A stretch of 64,000 nucleotides of DNA, from NCBI RefSeq assembly GCF_027921745.1, contig NC_079238.1:4712001-4776000 (forward strand). Reading direction: 5' to 3'. Below are positions 11,873-22,486 of the stretch, piece after piece. The notes below the pieces were generated by a model, which searched no databases, was not told the DNA's origin, and saw nothing but the letters and a program-made list of their open reading frames with translations. Position numbers and translations under genes: made by a program. The stretch comes from Schizosaccharomyces osmophilus. Lineage: Eukaryota. Within the stretch, counting starts at the first letter, position 1, and each line of letters begins with the position of its first letter.

Positions 11873-12733
11873 CTAAGGCTTTCGACCTGAAGCGATGACT
11901 AAGCCAAGTTTGACAGCATACAAAGCCTTATCTTTAGTCAACTGCTTCACTTCAGGATTTGGGTTTGAAGTAGACTTATGATATTTAGCTTCATCAACCC
12001 ATACTTTAGTTTGAAATCCATCAGAAACGACAACATCTTTAAAACCGGTTTTTTCAAAGAGTTCGATATATTGTTGCTTTGTAAACCCGTTTGGATGACC
12101 GATACCATGACTAGCATGGAAATCCGCTGACATATTCCCGTGAAAACTTCCAGCGCCTCTCAGAAAATCAACCACGTATAGACGACCTGATGATTTCAAA
12201 CAGTCTTTTAGCTTTTTAGTAATGAAATCCACGTCTTTAATATGGTGGTAAGCCATAGAACAAACAGCAGCGTCATACTTTCCAGCAATTCGATCGTTAG
12301 GCTCTGTCTCTGATCTCAAATCCACGTGTTCAGCGTGAGCCTTTTCCTTTTTAACATTCAGAATCTGAAACTTGTGATTAAATTTGTCGACCATTGCTGG
12401 TGAAATATCGAGTCCAAGGATACTGTCACAATAAGGTGCCAAATGTTCGCTAATTAAGCCAGTTCCGCACGCAAAATCAAGCAAGCGAATGGTTTTGGAT
12501 TCCCAAAATTTATCAACATTTGTGAAGTGTTCATTAACATCTACTGAATCTTCACTGAACTGTTCATAGGAGGAGGCTTGGTCCAAATTAACAGCTGGGT
12601 TTGCTGATTCAGTAGAGAGTTGCAAAATCTTTTTGCTAATAATTTTTGTCACTGCCAACGTACTGGGATTGTCATACTCATGAGCCTTTTCGGCGTTGAA
12701 ATATCTTACATTCAAGTCGGTAATATTAGACAT
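11873..12733 (-). CDS. Class I SAM-dependent methyltransferase (SPBC1347.09-like)
   Basis: Motif I LLDFACGTG, GLDIS, YDAAVCSMAYHHI, LKSSGRLYVVD; 286 aa. Confidence 0.88.
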   Translation of the reverse strand: MSNITDLNVRYFNAEKAHEYDNPSTLAVTKIISKKILQLSTESANPAVNLDQASSYEQFSEDSVDVNEHFTNVDKFWESKTIRLLDFACGTGLISEHLAPYCDSILGLDISPAMVDKFNHKFQILNVKKEKAHAEHVDLRSETEPNDRIAGKYDAAVCSMAYHHIKDVDFITKKLKDCLKSSGRLYVVDFLRGAGSFHGNMSADFHASHGIGHPNGFTKQQYIELFEKTGFKDVVVSDGFQTKVWVDEAKYHKSTSNPNPEVKQLTKDKALYAVKLGLVIASGRKP

Positions 12734-13403
12734 CTTCAGAACCTTAAATAGTTGGAAAGCGTAGCGTAGTATAGGAAGAAAATGAAAAAAGATTGGTATA
12801 AATGCGTTTACAAAGATTGAAAATTATAGCTTAGTTTCAAATAAGTATAAAAAGTTTGGCTGTTGCTAGTACAACCAAATATTCATGAAGGTAATTTATA
12901 GGAATTCGCAACACGTCCATCGATTAAAGAATGTTATTCGATATGTTCGGACCTCTGTTTTGTGATAAATATTCAAACCAAATGGTTTCAAAAGGTTCTT
13001 TTAGTTTCCTTATTATTCTTTCTTTGTTTTTCAGTTGAAAAGTGTCCACAAAATACGACATAGCTACTTTTATGAACATATATTTCAAGCTTTAAGCTTG
13101 ATTACTTAGTGTGTTAATGAAAGATGTTAATTGCGCTACGAATACCATTCCATTCATAAAACATTAAGCATTACACTGGTTTCATTCACATTTTGTTGTC
13201 CAAAGTTCAATGTTTTTTCCCTTAAATACGGAAAGCATTGTTCAAAAATGTTTAGCTGTTAATCGCATCATCTTAACGTAGAACTTGAACCTTCCACAAA
13301 ATGATAGTGTAACAAAGGCAAACTTTAAGAGACTGCTACATGGTATAAAAACAGTTAATTATTTAGAAGAAAGACTCATTCGAAACCAAATACACAATTC
13401 GTT

Positions 13404-14291
13404 ATGAAAGGTGAATCGGAATTGAATTTGCCCAGTGCCGACCAAATCAAGCTCATTGTATGCGATGTTGACGGGACATTGCTAGACAGAAACCATAATT
13501 TTCATGAACGAAATTATAGAGCATTAGAATATTTACGAAAACAGGATCCCGAATTACCTATCGTACTAGCGACTGGCCGGCAGCGTTCTTCTGTCAGTAA
13601 TATTCGAGAACCATTGGAATTGGATGCATTTCCGTGTATCCACCTGAATGGTTGCGTAGTATATAACCAGGGCGAATTATTTTCTCAAGTAGGACTTTCA
13701 AAAGAATTGGTGTACTCCATATTTTCAAATGTCTTGGAATATGATACTACGGCCGTATTGGCGTATGATCACAATATGGTATACCCATTGAAAAACGATT
13801 CCGAAAGCGGTGGTATTCGATTTCTGAAGGATGCTGGTGAAGTTCTTGGATTAGAGACTCCAGATAAAACTATCTTAGAACGAGTCATTTCTAATGAGCT
13901 ACCAGTAACCAAATTGGCAATTTATGAAAAGAACCATGAACGGTTCACTAAAATTAAGGAATCTCTCATGAGAAATGATCAGGAAGAATACACGGTAACT
14001 CAAAGTATGCCCTTTATAGTTGAAGTTATTCCTTCTTCTGCAAACAAAGCAACCGGGTTGACCAATATTTTGACCAAAATATATCCTCATATTCACCTAG
14101 ATGAAGTTTTAAGCTTTGGAGATGCTCAAAACGATGTTTGCGTGTTTGAGATTACCGGACATTCCGTCTGTATTCGCAATGGCATGCCTGCCGCCATTCA
14201 AGCAGCAAAGTATATCTCTAGTTCCCCAAACCATGAAGGTGCAGTTGGCGAAGTATTAGAGCATATTTACAAAATTCCTCCATATTACTGA
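13404..14291 (+). CDS. Cof-type HAD-superfamily hydrolase (subfamily IIB)
   Basis: DVDGTLL, ATGR, NKATGL and FGDAQND motifs; 295 aa. Confidence 0.9.
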   Translation: MKGESELNLPSADQIKLIVCDVDGTLLDRNHNFHERNYRALEYLRKQDPELPIVLATGRQRSSVSNIREPLELDAFPCIHLNGCVVYNQGELFSQVGLSKELVYSIFSNVLEYDTTAVLAYDHNMVYPLKNDSESGGIRFLKDAGEVLGLETPDKTILERVISNELPVTKLAIYEKNHERFTKIKESLMRNDQEEYTVTQSMPFIVEVIPSSANKATGLTNILTKIYPHIHLDEVLSFGDAQNDVCVFEITGHSVCIRNGMPAAIQAAKYISSSPNHEGAVGEVLEHIYKIPPYY

Positions 14292-14739
14292 AGCCACTTA
14301 TTTTTACTTTATTGAGAGCAAAATTCGCTAATAACCCATATAGTGACATTCTTTCTCCATAAATATAGGTCGCTCCATGATGGACAAAATATAGAAATTT
14401 ACAGCTCACGAGAAAGTCGGATCAACAATGCCCGTTTTCTCTTCTCTACGTTTTGTTTGCATCTCACGCTCGCTGAATCAATAATTAACCATCAGATTCA
14501 TGTCTTTAGTGTATTCTCGCGTCAGAATTGAGAGTAACAAATTAGCATAGGATATTTCATTCACGTATGTATTTATTAAATTAAATTAAAAGATTAATAA
14601 AGTAAAAATTAAACTTTCGGTCATAGTTCCTTCCCCTTGTAAGAAGAAAATACTTCTAATCATTATAACATCAAACAAAATGTCTGGCGGAGATAGGCTT
14701 TGAATAAAAATCGGGCCACCAATAACTTGCTGGTATAAA

Positions 14740-16410
14740 TTAAATCTCTTCGTAATGTTGAAAAATATCAGCGTCCCATTTTTGTTGAGAAGTCACTTCC
14801 TTTTTCAAATGCTTCAAAAAGGCTTCAGAGCCGCATGCAGCTACTGTATTAGTTTTAGTGTCGGATAAACCATAGTGATCTTTGATATAGTTTTCTAAAT
14901 TAGGTTTTCCGTCACAGTATTGAACCAAATTGGAACCACTTGATTTCGATATTAAACGCTCTTTCACAGGATAGCTTGTGGTAAGATGACAATATATACG
15001 GACGGAGACCTGCTTTTGATCCAATGAATCCTCCAAAACTCTAGTAAATAAACTGAGTAACTTCAATGACCGACAAGACCATACAAAAGTGATATGAAGA
15101 GTATTCCCAGGCTTCAAAAGAAGATCCCTTAGGATAGGTAAGGTATAGGTAATGCCGACACCTCCAGCAGCTAGAAAAACATAAGCGTAATTCCTAAATG
15201 GATTTGAAACTGGTCCATAAGGTCCATCCAATAGAACAGTCATTTGTTTGGCTGATGCTGCAGAATTAGCATCTGAGTTTATTTCATTATCGGAGCTAGA
15301 TTCGTCCCGACCTGAGTGCCATTCGGAAATAACTATATCTGCATCGTTACTTGACTTGACTTTTTCAACTTCTCCACTTAGCGGATTGGTTGTGGAATTC
15401 ATTTTGTTGGCCAATCTCTGGGTAAATCCTTTACGAACAGCAACCACAAGCTCCACATAGTCGTCCGAAGGGCAGCTAGCAAGGGTAAAAGGATGGATTT
15501 GCCAAAAACTAAAACGAGGGATGCTTATAAAAACATGGCTGCCCGAAGACCATGGCAAAGAAAAGAAGGAGACTTTGGGTTTTTTTCCGCGTAAATAAAT
15601 AACGTTCTCTTCAATCATACTTACTTCAAATTTTGTTCTATTTATGAAGCTTCGCAGAATTCTACATCCACGATCAAACACGTAACAAGCAAGAGCCGCT
15701 TTCATATAGGGGACGCAGTGCCGATCATGATAATGGATGCATATGAGAAAACCAATGCTACATGCATGATGTAAAACAAAGAACCATTCATAAAACCTAC
15801 GTCGAAAAAACGGTAAAGCACTGACAATCATTATGACCATTAATCCCAAAATACCATATCCCCATCTGAACACAGGCTCAACTAACTTACGGTGCTTATG
15901 GCTGTCCTTTCCGATGTAAATAAGGCCGTGTATAACACCCAGCATAATAGCAAACTGAGATAGGCGGCGATGAACATAATTCATCTTTTCATGTGAGGTG
16001 AAAAGCATCAAAGAAAATGGATTGTTTTTTAGACTGAAAAAGTAAGAGATAAAAAAAAGCGCGGCAGCTAAAAAACCACATCTTCCTCCCACTGCAGTTG
16101 CGCTCCAATTTCCTTTCTCATGTTTAGGAGGTGTCTCTTTTCCAACGAATGGAACGGCAATTGCAAAAACAATGGGAACAGCAATTAGAGTCAAGATAAC
16201 TTTATTCGTTATTACATATAAATAAATGTTTCGAATTACCAAATAAACGCGCTCTACAGGAGAGGCATATGTCTTGGCGGAGCTGTCTCTTTTACGTGAT
16301 TTAAAATAAACCCTCGCAGTTTCTATAACATAAAGTCCAGAGAGAGCAAGTAAGCATCCAATAATTAAGCATATGGCAATGACTGCCCATTTATGCCCAG
16401 ATTTAATCAT
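14740..16410 (-). CDS. frp1: Ferric-chelate reductase Frp1
   Basis: TM helices with heme His pairs, FAD motif HPFT, DGPYG, NADPH motif AGGVGIT, ACG; Fep1 boxes upstream; adjacent to pcl1 as in S. pombe. Confidence 0.9.
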   Translation of the reverse strand: MIKSGHKWAVIAICLIIGCLLALSGLYVIETARVYFKSRKRDSSAKTYASPVERVYLVIRNIYLYVITNKVILTLIAVPIVFAIAVPFVGKETPPKHEKGNWSATAVGGRCGFLAAALFFISYFFSLKNNPFSLMLFTSHEKMNYVHRRLSQFAIMLGVIHGLIYIGKDSHKHRKLVEPVFRWGYGILGLMVIMIVSALPFFRRRFYEWFFVLHHACSIGFLICIHYHDRHCVPYMKAALACYVFDRGCRILRSFINRTKFEVSMIEENVIYLRGKKPKVSFFSLPWSSGSHVFISIPRFSFWQIHPFTLASCPSDDYVELVVAVRKGFTQRLANKMNSTTNPLSGEVEKVKSSNDADIVISEWHSGRDESSSDNEINSDANSAASAKQMTVLLDGPYGPVSNPFRNYAYVFLAAGGVGITYTLPILRDLLLKPGNTLHITFVWSCRSLKLLSLFTRVLEDSLDQKQVSVRIYCHLTTSYPVKERLISKSSGSNLVQYCDGKPNLENYIKDHYGLSDTKTNTVAACGSEAFLKHLKKEVTSQQKWDADIFQHYEEI

Positions 16411-16614
16411 GTTTACCCAAAATTTATTTTAATGTTGATTATATAAGAATCGGTGATAACCCAAAGGAAAGGCAACTTTTGACGCTAAAAAGCTCTTGTG
16501 TAAAAAAGTGAAATTCTACATTCTTTTATACCTTTTTCTTTCCACAACAAAGAGTCTTCTCTTGCGACATTTTCACATTCTGGTGACACGATTTTTATCA
16601 ACGACCACTCAGCT

Positions 16615-17211
16615 TTATCAGATGGACCGGTTGTCCCATTATGCACCAAAAATATCAGATCAAAACTGACATGTTTTGCAGTTGAAATTATCAGATGTAC
16701 CCGGTTTTATCCGATCATCACCGGCATGTGAAGAACACTGTTGCATCAATAGTAAAAATAGAAAAAAAAAGAAGAAATCGCGACTAAAAAGCACCAAATG
16801 TAAGCCTTTAATACCAAAAAGATGATTATATTTGCAAGTTAACCAATCTTCGGACACATTGAATCGGGGATACTTGAGGAGCATCAAGCTAAACGTTCCC
16901 TTTGTTAATAATGACTTTGTTGAAAACTATTGATATTTCGGAAATAACCGATGGTCCTAAATTGACAGCCTTTGATTAAAAATATAAGACTAAAAGGAAG
17001 CACATCGAAGAGAGTACAGCAAAGCGTCACTTAGCATTCTAAATGTAAATTTAACAATAAATGAGAGAAAACTTGCAAAAATTGGCATTATTTGTACCAT
17101 AGGTGTAGGGAATTATAATTCTTTAGCTTACAGACAAGATCTTGAATTAGCTTCGACTGCTGTGATCAAATATTATCAGATTTTCTTATTTGAATAGAGT
17201 TAATCAGATAA
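16615..17211. promoter_or_regulatory. Cluster of Fep1 GATA elements (ATCWGATAA) upstream of frp1
   Basis: TTATCAGAT at 16615, 16688 and 17173; ATCAGATAA at 17203; near-matches at 16652 and 16707. Confidence 0.8.
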
Positions 17212-17668
17212 TCCATAGACACTCCAACATTTTCATTCAAGCGATACAACGACGTCCAGCTTTAAAGTAAATTTTAAATTTTACTCGATCCATACTTCCA
17301 TAAAATGATGAGCGGCTCAAAAAATGGTACCGCAAGTCTTTTTTGAGTGCTTTCCGTTGAATGAGCAATCGTTGTCAGTATGCGCGAAATCCTACTGTAA
17401 TCGAGAAAAGAAGAACGTTGTAGACTACGCAGCACTTGAAATGGAACAGCAATTAGAAAAAAAAGAAAAAAGCCTGCTTTATTTACATATAGAAAATCGT
17501 CACAGATAACCAGATCAACCATAAAAAAAAGTCATATTTTTAACAAAAACCATCAGAAAGTGCTGTACGACATATTTTTCTCTAGCACCAAAAAAATAAA
17601 AATAAGCAAAAAAATAAATTTAAACAAAAGATTCAACAAAATAGACATTTTCGGATAGGGCCTTCCGA

Positions 17669-18376
17669 TTACGTTGGAGTTTCAAAAAACTTTCCTACTA
17701 AGGAAGTGACGGCCATAGCTATAACACCCAAAACGGTGACTCTGAATATAGCTCGCATTCTGTTGGCACCTCCAATCTGAGCGCCTACGATACCCAGGAA
17801 AGCGAGGAAAAAAAGAGTCGAAAAAGTCAAAATAAAGGTGACATGTTCTATAGGACTCAGGAGTGCTGTAATCAAAGGTAAAATCGCACCAGTTGAAAAT
17901 GCCCCAGCAGATGAAAGGGATGCTTGTAGCGGCTTTGCTATGGAATACATGTTGATGCCCAACTCGTCACGAGCATGTGCCTCTAAAGCATCATGTTCCA
18001 TAAGTTTGGTAGCTACTGTGCGAGCTAATTCTCGGTCCAACCCTCTCTTAATATAGACATTGGTTAACTCAATCACCTCTTCATCCCAGTGTTGTTCCAT
18101 CTCTTGTCTTTCTAAATCTAAATCCGCGGTTTCCAAGTCTGCCTGCGAACTGACAGAAACATATTCACCGGCAGCCATTGACAAAGCACCAGCAATTAAA
18201 CCAGAAACTCCTGTTAAAGCGATATTTCGTTGAGAGACTTCAGCAGACGAAACTCCAATCAATAAACCAGAGACAGACAGTATACCGTCATTGGCGCCCA
18301 GGACAGCGGCCCGTAACCAGCTGACATTGCCCATCGCATGCTTCTCCTTTGGTCTCGGTTGCAGCCAAGCAAACAT
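17669..18376 (-). CDS. pcl1: VIT1/CCC1-family vacuolar iron/manganese transporter Pcl1
   Basis: [43 protein letters not shown]; first ATG at 18376; CCAAT box (minus strand) at 18551-18555. Confidence 0.9.
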   Translation of the reverse strand: MFAWLQPRPKEKHAMGNVSWLRAAVLGANDGILSVSGLLIGVSSAEVSQRNIALTGVSGLIAGALSMAAGEYVSVSSQADLETADLDLERQEMEQHWDEEVIELTNVYIKRGLDRELARTVATKLMEHDALEAHARDELGINMYSIAKPLQASLSSAGAFSTGAILPLITALLSPIEHVTFILTFSTLFFLAFLGIVGAQIGGANRMRAIFRVTVLGVIAMAVTSLVGKFFETPT

Positions 18377-19352
18377 TGTTAATGATAGATGATCGAAACG
18401 CAACCAAAATCAATTATACAAGAGAGCGAAAGAGATTGTATTTTGTATTTCACTTAGTAACAGTCCTTCTCAATAAGAATATGCCACCGTTTATGTTTAG
18501 GTTTGAAGAACTGCTGCTTCCGATTTTTTAAATTAATTGTAAGGTCTAAGATTGGCTTACTAAATGTCGATTTTTATAGCCCCGTTACTTTAACTTTGTT
18601 ACTTGGAGGAAGTAATATGACTTCCTCCTATGTTTATTTGTAACAAAAATTCGCGTTTTAAACACCCAGGTTCAAGGCTATTTCAAAGTATCTTTCTATA
18701 TTCTTTTTTAAATTCTATTTTTTTTTATTTACGTCCATTGCATTTACCGTCTTTTGTCATGCAATCTTCAAGTGGTACAAGGAAAAAACAAAAAAATAGA
18801 AGCGTTCTTGTACCACCGAAATGAAGTACTAAACAGAAGTTCTTTATGGTTGAGTGATTTAAAATAAGAATCATAATGGAAACGACTGGTGTTTACTGAA
18901 GAAATAAAAACTGAAATTGAGTTTTGGAGTAGACGAGAAAAATCCGCAAATCATCAAGTTGAATTCCTTGTTATTTCTTTCTAATGGAATCCTTTTTCTC
19001 TTGGTGTTTTATTTATTTATTTATTCGGCTGTATGATTTCTCTTTCAGTTAGTGTTCTTTTCATATAACTCCAAAGTGACATCATATCAAATCAAGGACG
19101 GTATTTAGTTTAATGATGCATTTCGGGGCCTGAGAACACAGTTCAAATCATTGTTGTACTGTGAGAAGTTGTTCAAGGCCAGTAGCAATGCAGTGTTTCC
19201 GTGATCAAGTTACATGACGGCCTGCGGTCGTTTAGTTATCTATATATGTGTATGTATACAGACATTTTAGCTCATCGTGTGTTCAAGAAGACTTTTGTAA
19301 AGATACTATATATATGGGCAGTACACCAGTTCCCATATCCAGAAGAACAAGT

Positions 19353-19973
19353 ATGAAATTATTCGTCACTGGAATTAGTACAGACGTAGGGAAGACAATT
19401 GTATCATCAATTCTCGTGGAATCCTTACAAGCGGATTACTGGAAACCCATTCAATCGGGTGATTTAGACAATTCAGATTCCCATAAAGTCCAAAGGTTGA
19501 TTAGCAACTCCAAAACCCATATTCATCCAAATACTTATGCCCTAAACACACCAGTTAGCCCTCATGTTGCTGCAGAGATCGACCATGTTACAGTTGATGT
19601 AAATCGCATTGTTCCCCCCAAAACCGAAAATCCTCACATGGTTATTGAGGGTGCAGGAGGAGTTTTTGTACCGTTGAACGATAACGATATGATCATTGAT
19701 TTAATTCATCCAGATTATAAGGTTGTTATCGTATCTAGAAATTATTTGGGAAGCATCAATCACACATTGTTGACCATCGACGCTCTTCGCAACAGAAACA
19801 TCTCAATCGCTGGCATCATATTTAGTGGAACAAAAAACCCTGAAACGGAAAGTTGGATCTTACAGTATTCTAAGCTTTGTTGTATCGGACGAGTAAACGA
19901 GGAGGGCACTTTTGATAAATCTTTGATCTCCAAATATGCCGAAATGTTTCATCCCAACATCATGAACCTATGA
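19353..19973 (+). CDS. bioD: Dethiobiotin synthetase, bacterial (Bacteroidetes-like) type
   Basis: MKLFVTGISTDVGKT P-loop, YWKPIQSG, SPH, EGAGG, YLGSINHTLLT; 206 aa; no introns; TATATATA at ~19307-19315. Confidence 0.93.
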   Translation: MKLFVTGISTDVGKTIVSSILVESLQADYWKPIQSGDLDNSDSHKVQRLISNSKTHIHPNTYALNTPVSPHVAAEIDHVTVDVNRIVPPKTENPHMVIEGAGGVFVPLNDNDMIIDLIHPDYKVVIVSRNYLGSINHTLLTIDALRNRNISIAGIIFSGTKNPETESWILQYSKLCCIGRVNEEGTFDKSLISKYAEMFHPNIMNL

Positions 19974-20151
19974 GCGGGCTTTACGAATATCTGTACTACC
20001 ATATACATAGTACTTTTATAGGTGAGAAAGAATGGAAAATTGAAAGCATTTAAGGAAATTACTTTACACTACAACACATTCAATAACAACAACCCTCATC
20101 CTTACCGTTCTTTAATTGTTTAGTTATCTGCAATTTTAAATAGTTTACTCA

Positions 20152-21426
20152 ATGAATTGGGTGGAAAAAGATTTGGAATACATTTGGCACCCATACACTC
20201 AGCACAAAACAGCAAAGCCTCCCATCGTTATTGTCAAAGGAAAAGGAGCTTTACTGTGGGACGAAAATGGAAAAGAGTATATCGATGCCATTGCTTCCTG
20301 GTGGGTGAATCCTTTTGGTCATAGCAACAAGTATATTGCGGACCAAATCTATAAACAATTGACGAGCTTAGAACATGTTTTGCTTGGTGGGTTTACCCAC
20401 CCTCCAGCAATCATGCTAGCAGAGCGACTGTTATCTATTTTGCCCAAGAACCAAAGCAAAGTTTTTTTCTCGGACAATGGTTCCACTTCTGTCGAAGTGG
20501 CTATAAAAGCAGCCCTGCAGTACTTTTACAACAAAAATGAAAAGCGAACAACCATCGTAGCTTTTGAGGATGCATTTCATGGCGATACCTTTGCAGCAAT
20601 GGCTGCAAGTGGAATTTCATTTTATACGATGGCTTTCCAAGGAATGTTTATTGACGTTGTTCGCATTCCCGTGCCTGTTCCTGGAAAAGAAGCACAAAGT
20701 TATGAAACTCTTGAAAAAGTTCTTACTGAACATCACTGCGCTGCTTTTATTTTTGAAGTTTTAATCCAAGGTGCTGGAGGCATGAAAATGTATGAGCCTG
20801 AATGCCTAGACAAACTCATTGGAATTTGTCAAAAGCATCAAGTGTTAACCATCGCCGATGAGGTTATGACTGGTTTCGGAAGAACGGGAAAATTGTTTGG
20901 ATGTGATTATCTAAAAAGTCAACCTGATGTGCTATGCTTATCCAAAGCTCTGACAGCTGGCACAATTCCCATGGCTATAACTACGTTTTCCAAAAATGTT
21001 TTCGATGGCTTCTACAGCGACGACATCAACAAGGCCCTCTTTCATGGTCATACATTCACTGGAAACCCTACTGGATGTGCCGCGGCACTGGCAAGTTTGG
21101 ATTTGTTACTGTCCAAAGATATGCAAGACAATATTTCTCGTATTCATCGCAGTCATTTGGAATTTCAAAGGCGTTTTAAATCGCATCCACGCGTGCATAC
21201 AATTCGTGTGCGCGGTGTTATTCTCGCACTCGAAGTTTCATCTCAGCAGAAAGAAAGTTATTACGGTAACCTCAGAAACAATTTATATGACTTTTTTCTC
21301 AAGAATGGAGTTATGCTACGTCCCATTGGAAACATTGTTTACATTCTGCCTCCCTATATAATTTCTCACGAGCAACTGACGACTGTTTATTCTACGATTG
21401 AAAGAGCTTTAGAAGAAGTAGTATAA
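20152..21426 (+). CDS. bioA: Adenosylmethionine-8-amino-7-oxononanoate (DAPA) aminotransferase, bacterial type
   Basis: IWHPYTQ, DAIASWWVN, SDNGSTSVEVAIK, FHGDT, ADEVMTGFGRTG, PLP Lys in LSKALT, HGHTF, LRPIGN; 424 aa; no introns. Confidence 0.95.
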   Translation: MNWVEKDLEYIWHPYTQHKTAKPPIVIVKGKGALLWDENGKEYIDAIASWWVNPFGHSNKYIADQIYKQLTSLEHVLLGGFTHPPAIMLAERLLSILPKNQSKVFFSDNGSTSVEVAIKAALQYFYNKNEKRTTIVAFEDAFHGDTFAAMAASGISFYTMAFQGMFIDVVRIPVPVPGKEAQSYETLEKVLTEHHCAAFIFEVLIQGAGGMKMYEPECLDKLIGICQKHQVLTIADEVMTGFGRTGKLFGCDYLKSQPDVLCLSKALTAGTIPMAITTFSKNVFDGFYSDDINKALFHGHTFTGNPTGCAAALASLDLLLSKDMQDNISRIHRSHLEFQRRFKSHPRVHTIRVRGVILALEVSSQQKESYYGNLRNNLYDFFLKNGVMLRPIGNIVYILPPYIISHEQLTTVYSTIERALEEVV

Positions 21427-22486
21427 GATGGGATACCTAAAGCTCACTTAAGATATCAATTTCTCCAGCACAAAGCGCAGGGTTATTTTAACTCAACCGA
21501 TTCGCTTCAGTTCGTTTTCTTCCATTACTACTGGAAAGACTAAATTAATCCCATTGACTTACTATACAAAATGATTCTCTCACAAAAAGAAACATATGCG
21601 TTGGAAAGACGGGAAGATTGATAGATTCTCTAGAAATTCAAGTCTAAGAAAACGATACGAAAACAAAGTCTTGTATGAATTCAACGTGATGATCGAGTAC
21701 ATGCCTTCTTGCTAGGCCTCTTAAATGTAGATTGAAAGGAATTTTTTCAATCGCAAGTTAAATATGATATATGGATACACTACAACGACGGTCTTCTTTC
21801 AGGATGTTACTTCCTGTTTAGCTCTCCTTCAAAGCAACGTTGAGGTTGCTAGACAAGGCAAGCTATTGCTGCCGAAATAGAATGCAAGATTACTGAAATT
21901 TTTTTTTTTAAAAAAAAACAACAACAATGCAGCCTTCTATAAATAAGTAACTAACCAAAACCTGGAACATGTATTATATCATAAACATTACTTAAAGTAT
22001 GAACATGATTTATGAGAACTCCCAAGGCTGTTAGATATAGAAATTTATGCTAGGTACAGTCCTTCTTTATCTGAGGATTTACAAGTCACGAGAATTTATT
22101 TACAATAAAGACTATATGAAGTATATAATGCTTTTTAGCAGAACTCACATAGGTTGTATATGAGGAATACAAAACCACCTACGGAAGGATGTTTACTTTT
22201 CATAAATCAATTACTGCAACTCAGTCGCTTCTTTTTACATAATTTTAAGTCTCGAAACCCGACGTCTGCTATTTCTGATGTAATAATTACTTTCACATTT
22301 TATGGCCACGGTTGAATACGACAAATATTACGGGAATTCAACTGCACTTTAATCCTGACGTATATACAATGTTTTGAATCAGACAGGTATATAAATAAGA
22401 GAATGTGCATTTTGTATTCTGTTTCCAAACATTGAAATACTCTAAAGTGACCAAATCAACTTGTCGAGCAATTTCACTATAGGAAA

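Noticed and set aside
11873..14291. Methyltransferase and HAD as BioC/BioH-like partners of bioDA
   Set aside because: They resemble ordinary fission-yeast genes, a HAD is not a BioH-type esterase, and frp1-pcl1 lies between them and bioDA
19248..19352. 35-aa N-terminal extension of BioD
   Set aside because: Starts at GTG and spans the TATA-like run; family homology begins at MKLFVTG
19353..21426. Bacterial contamination as the origin of bioD-bioA
   Set aside because: Embedded between syntenic yeast genes with yeast-like AT-rich spacers; read-level confirmation still advisable
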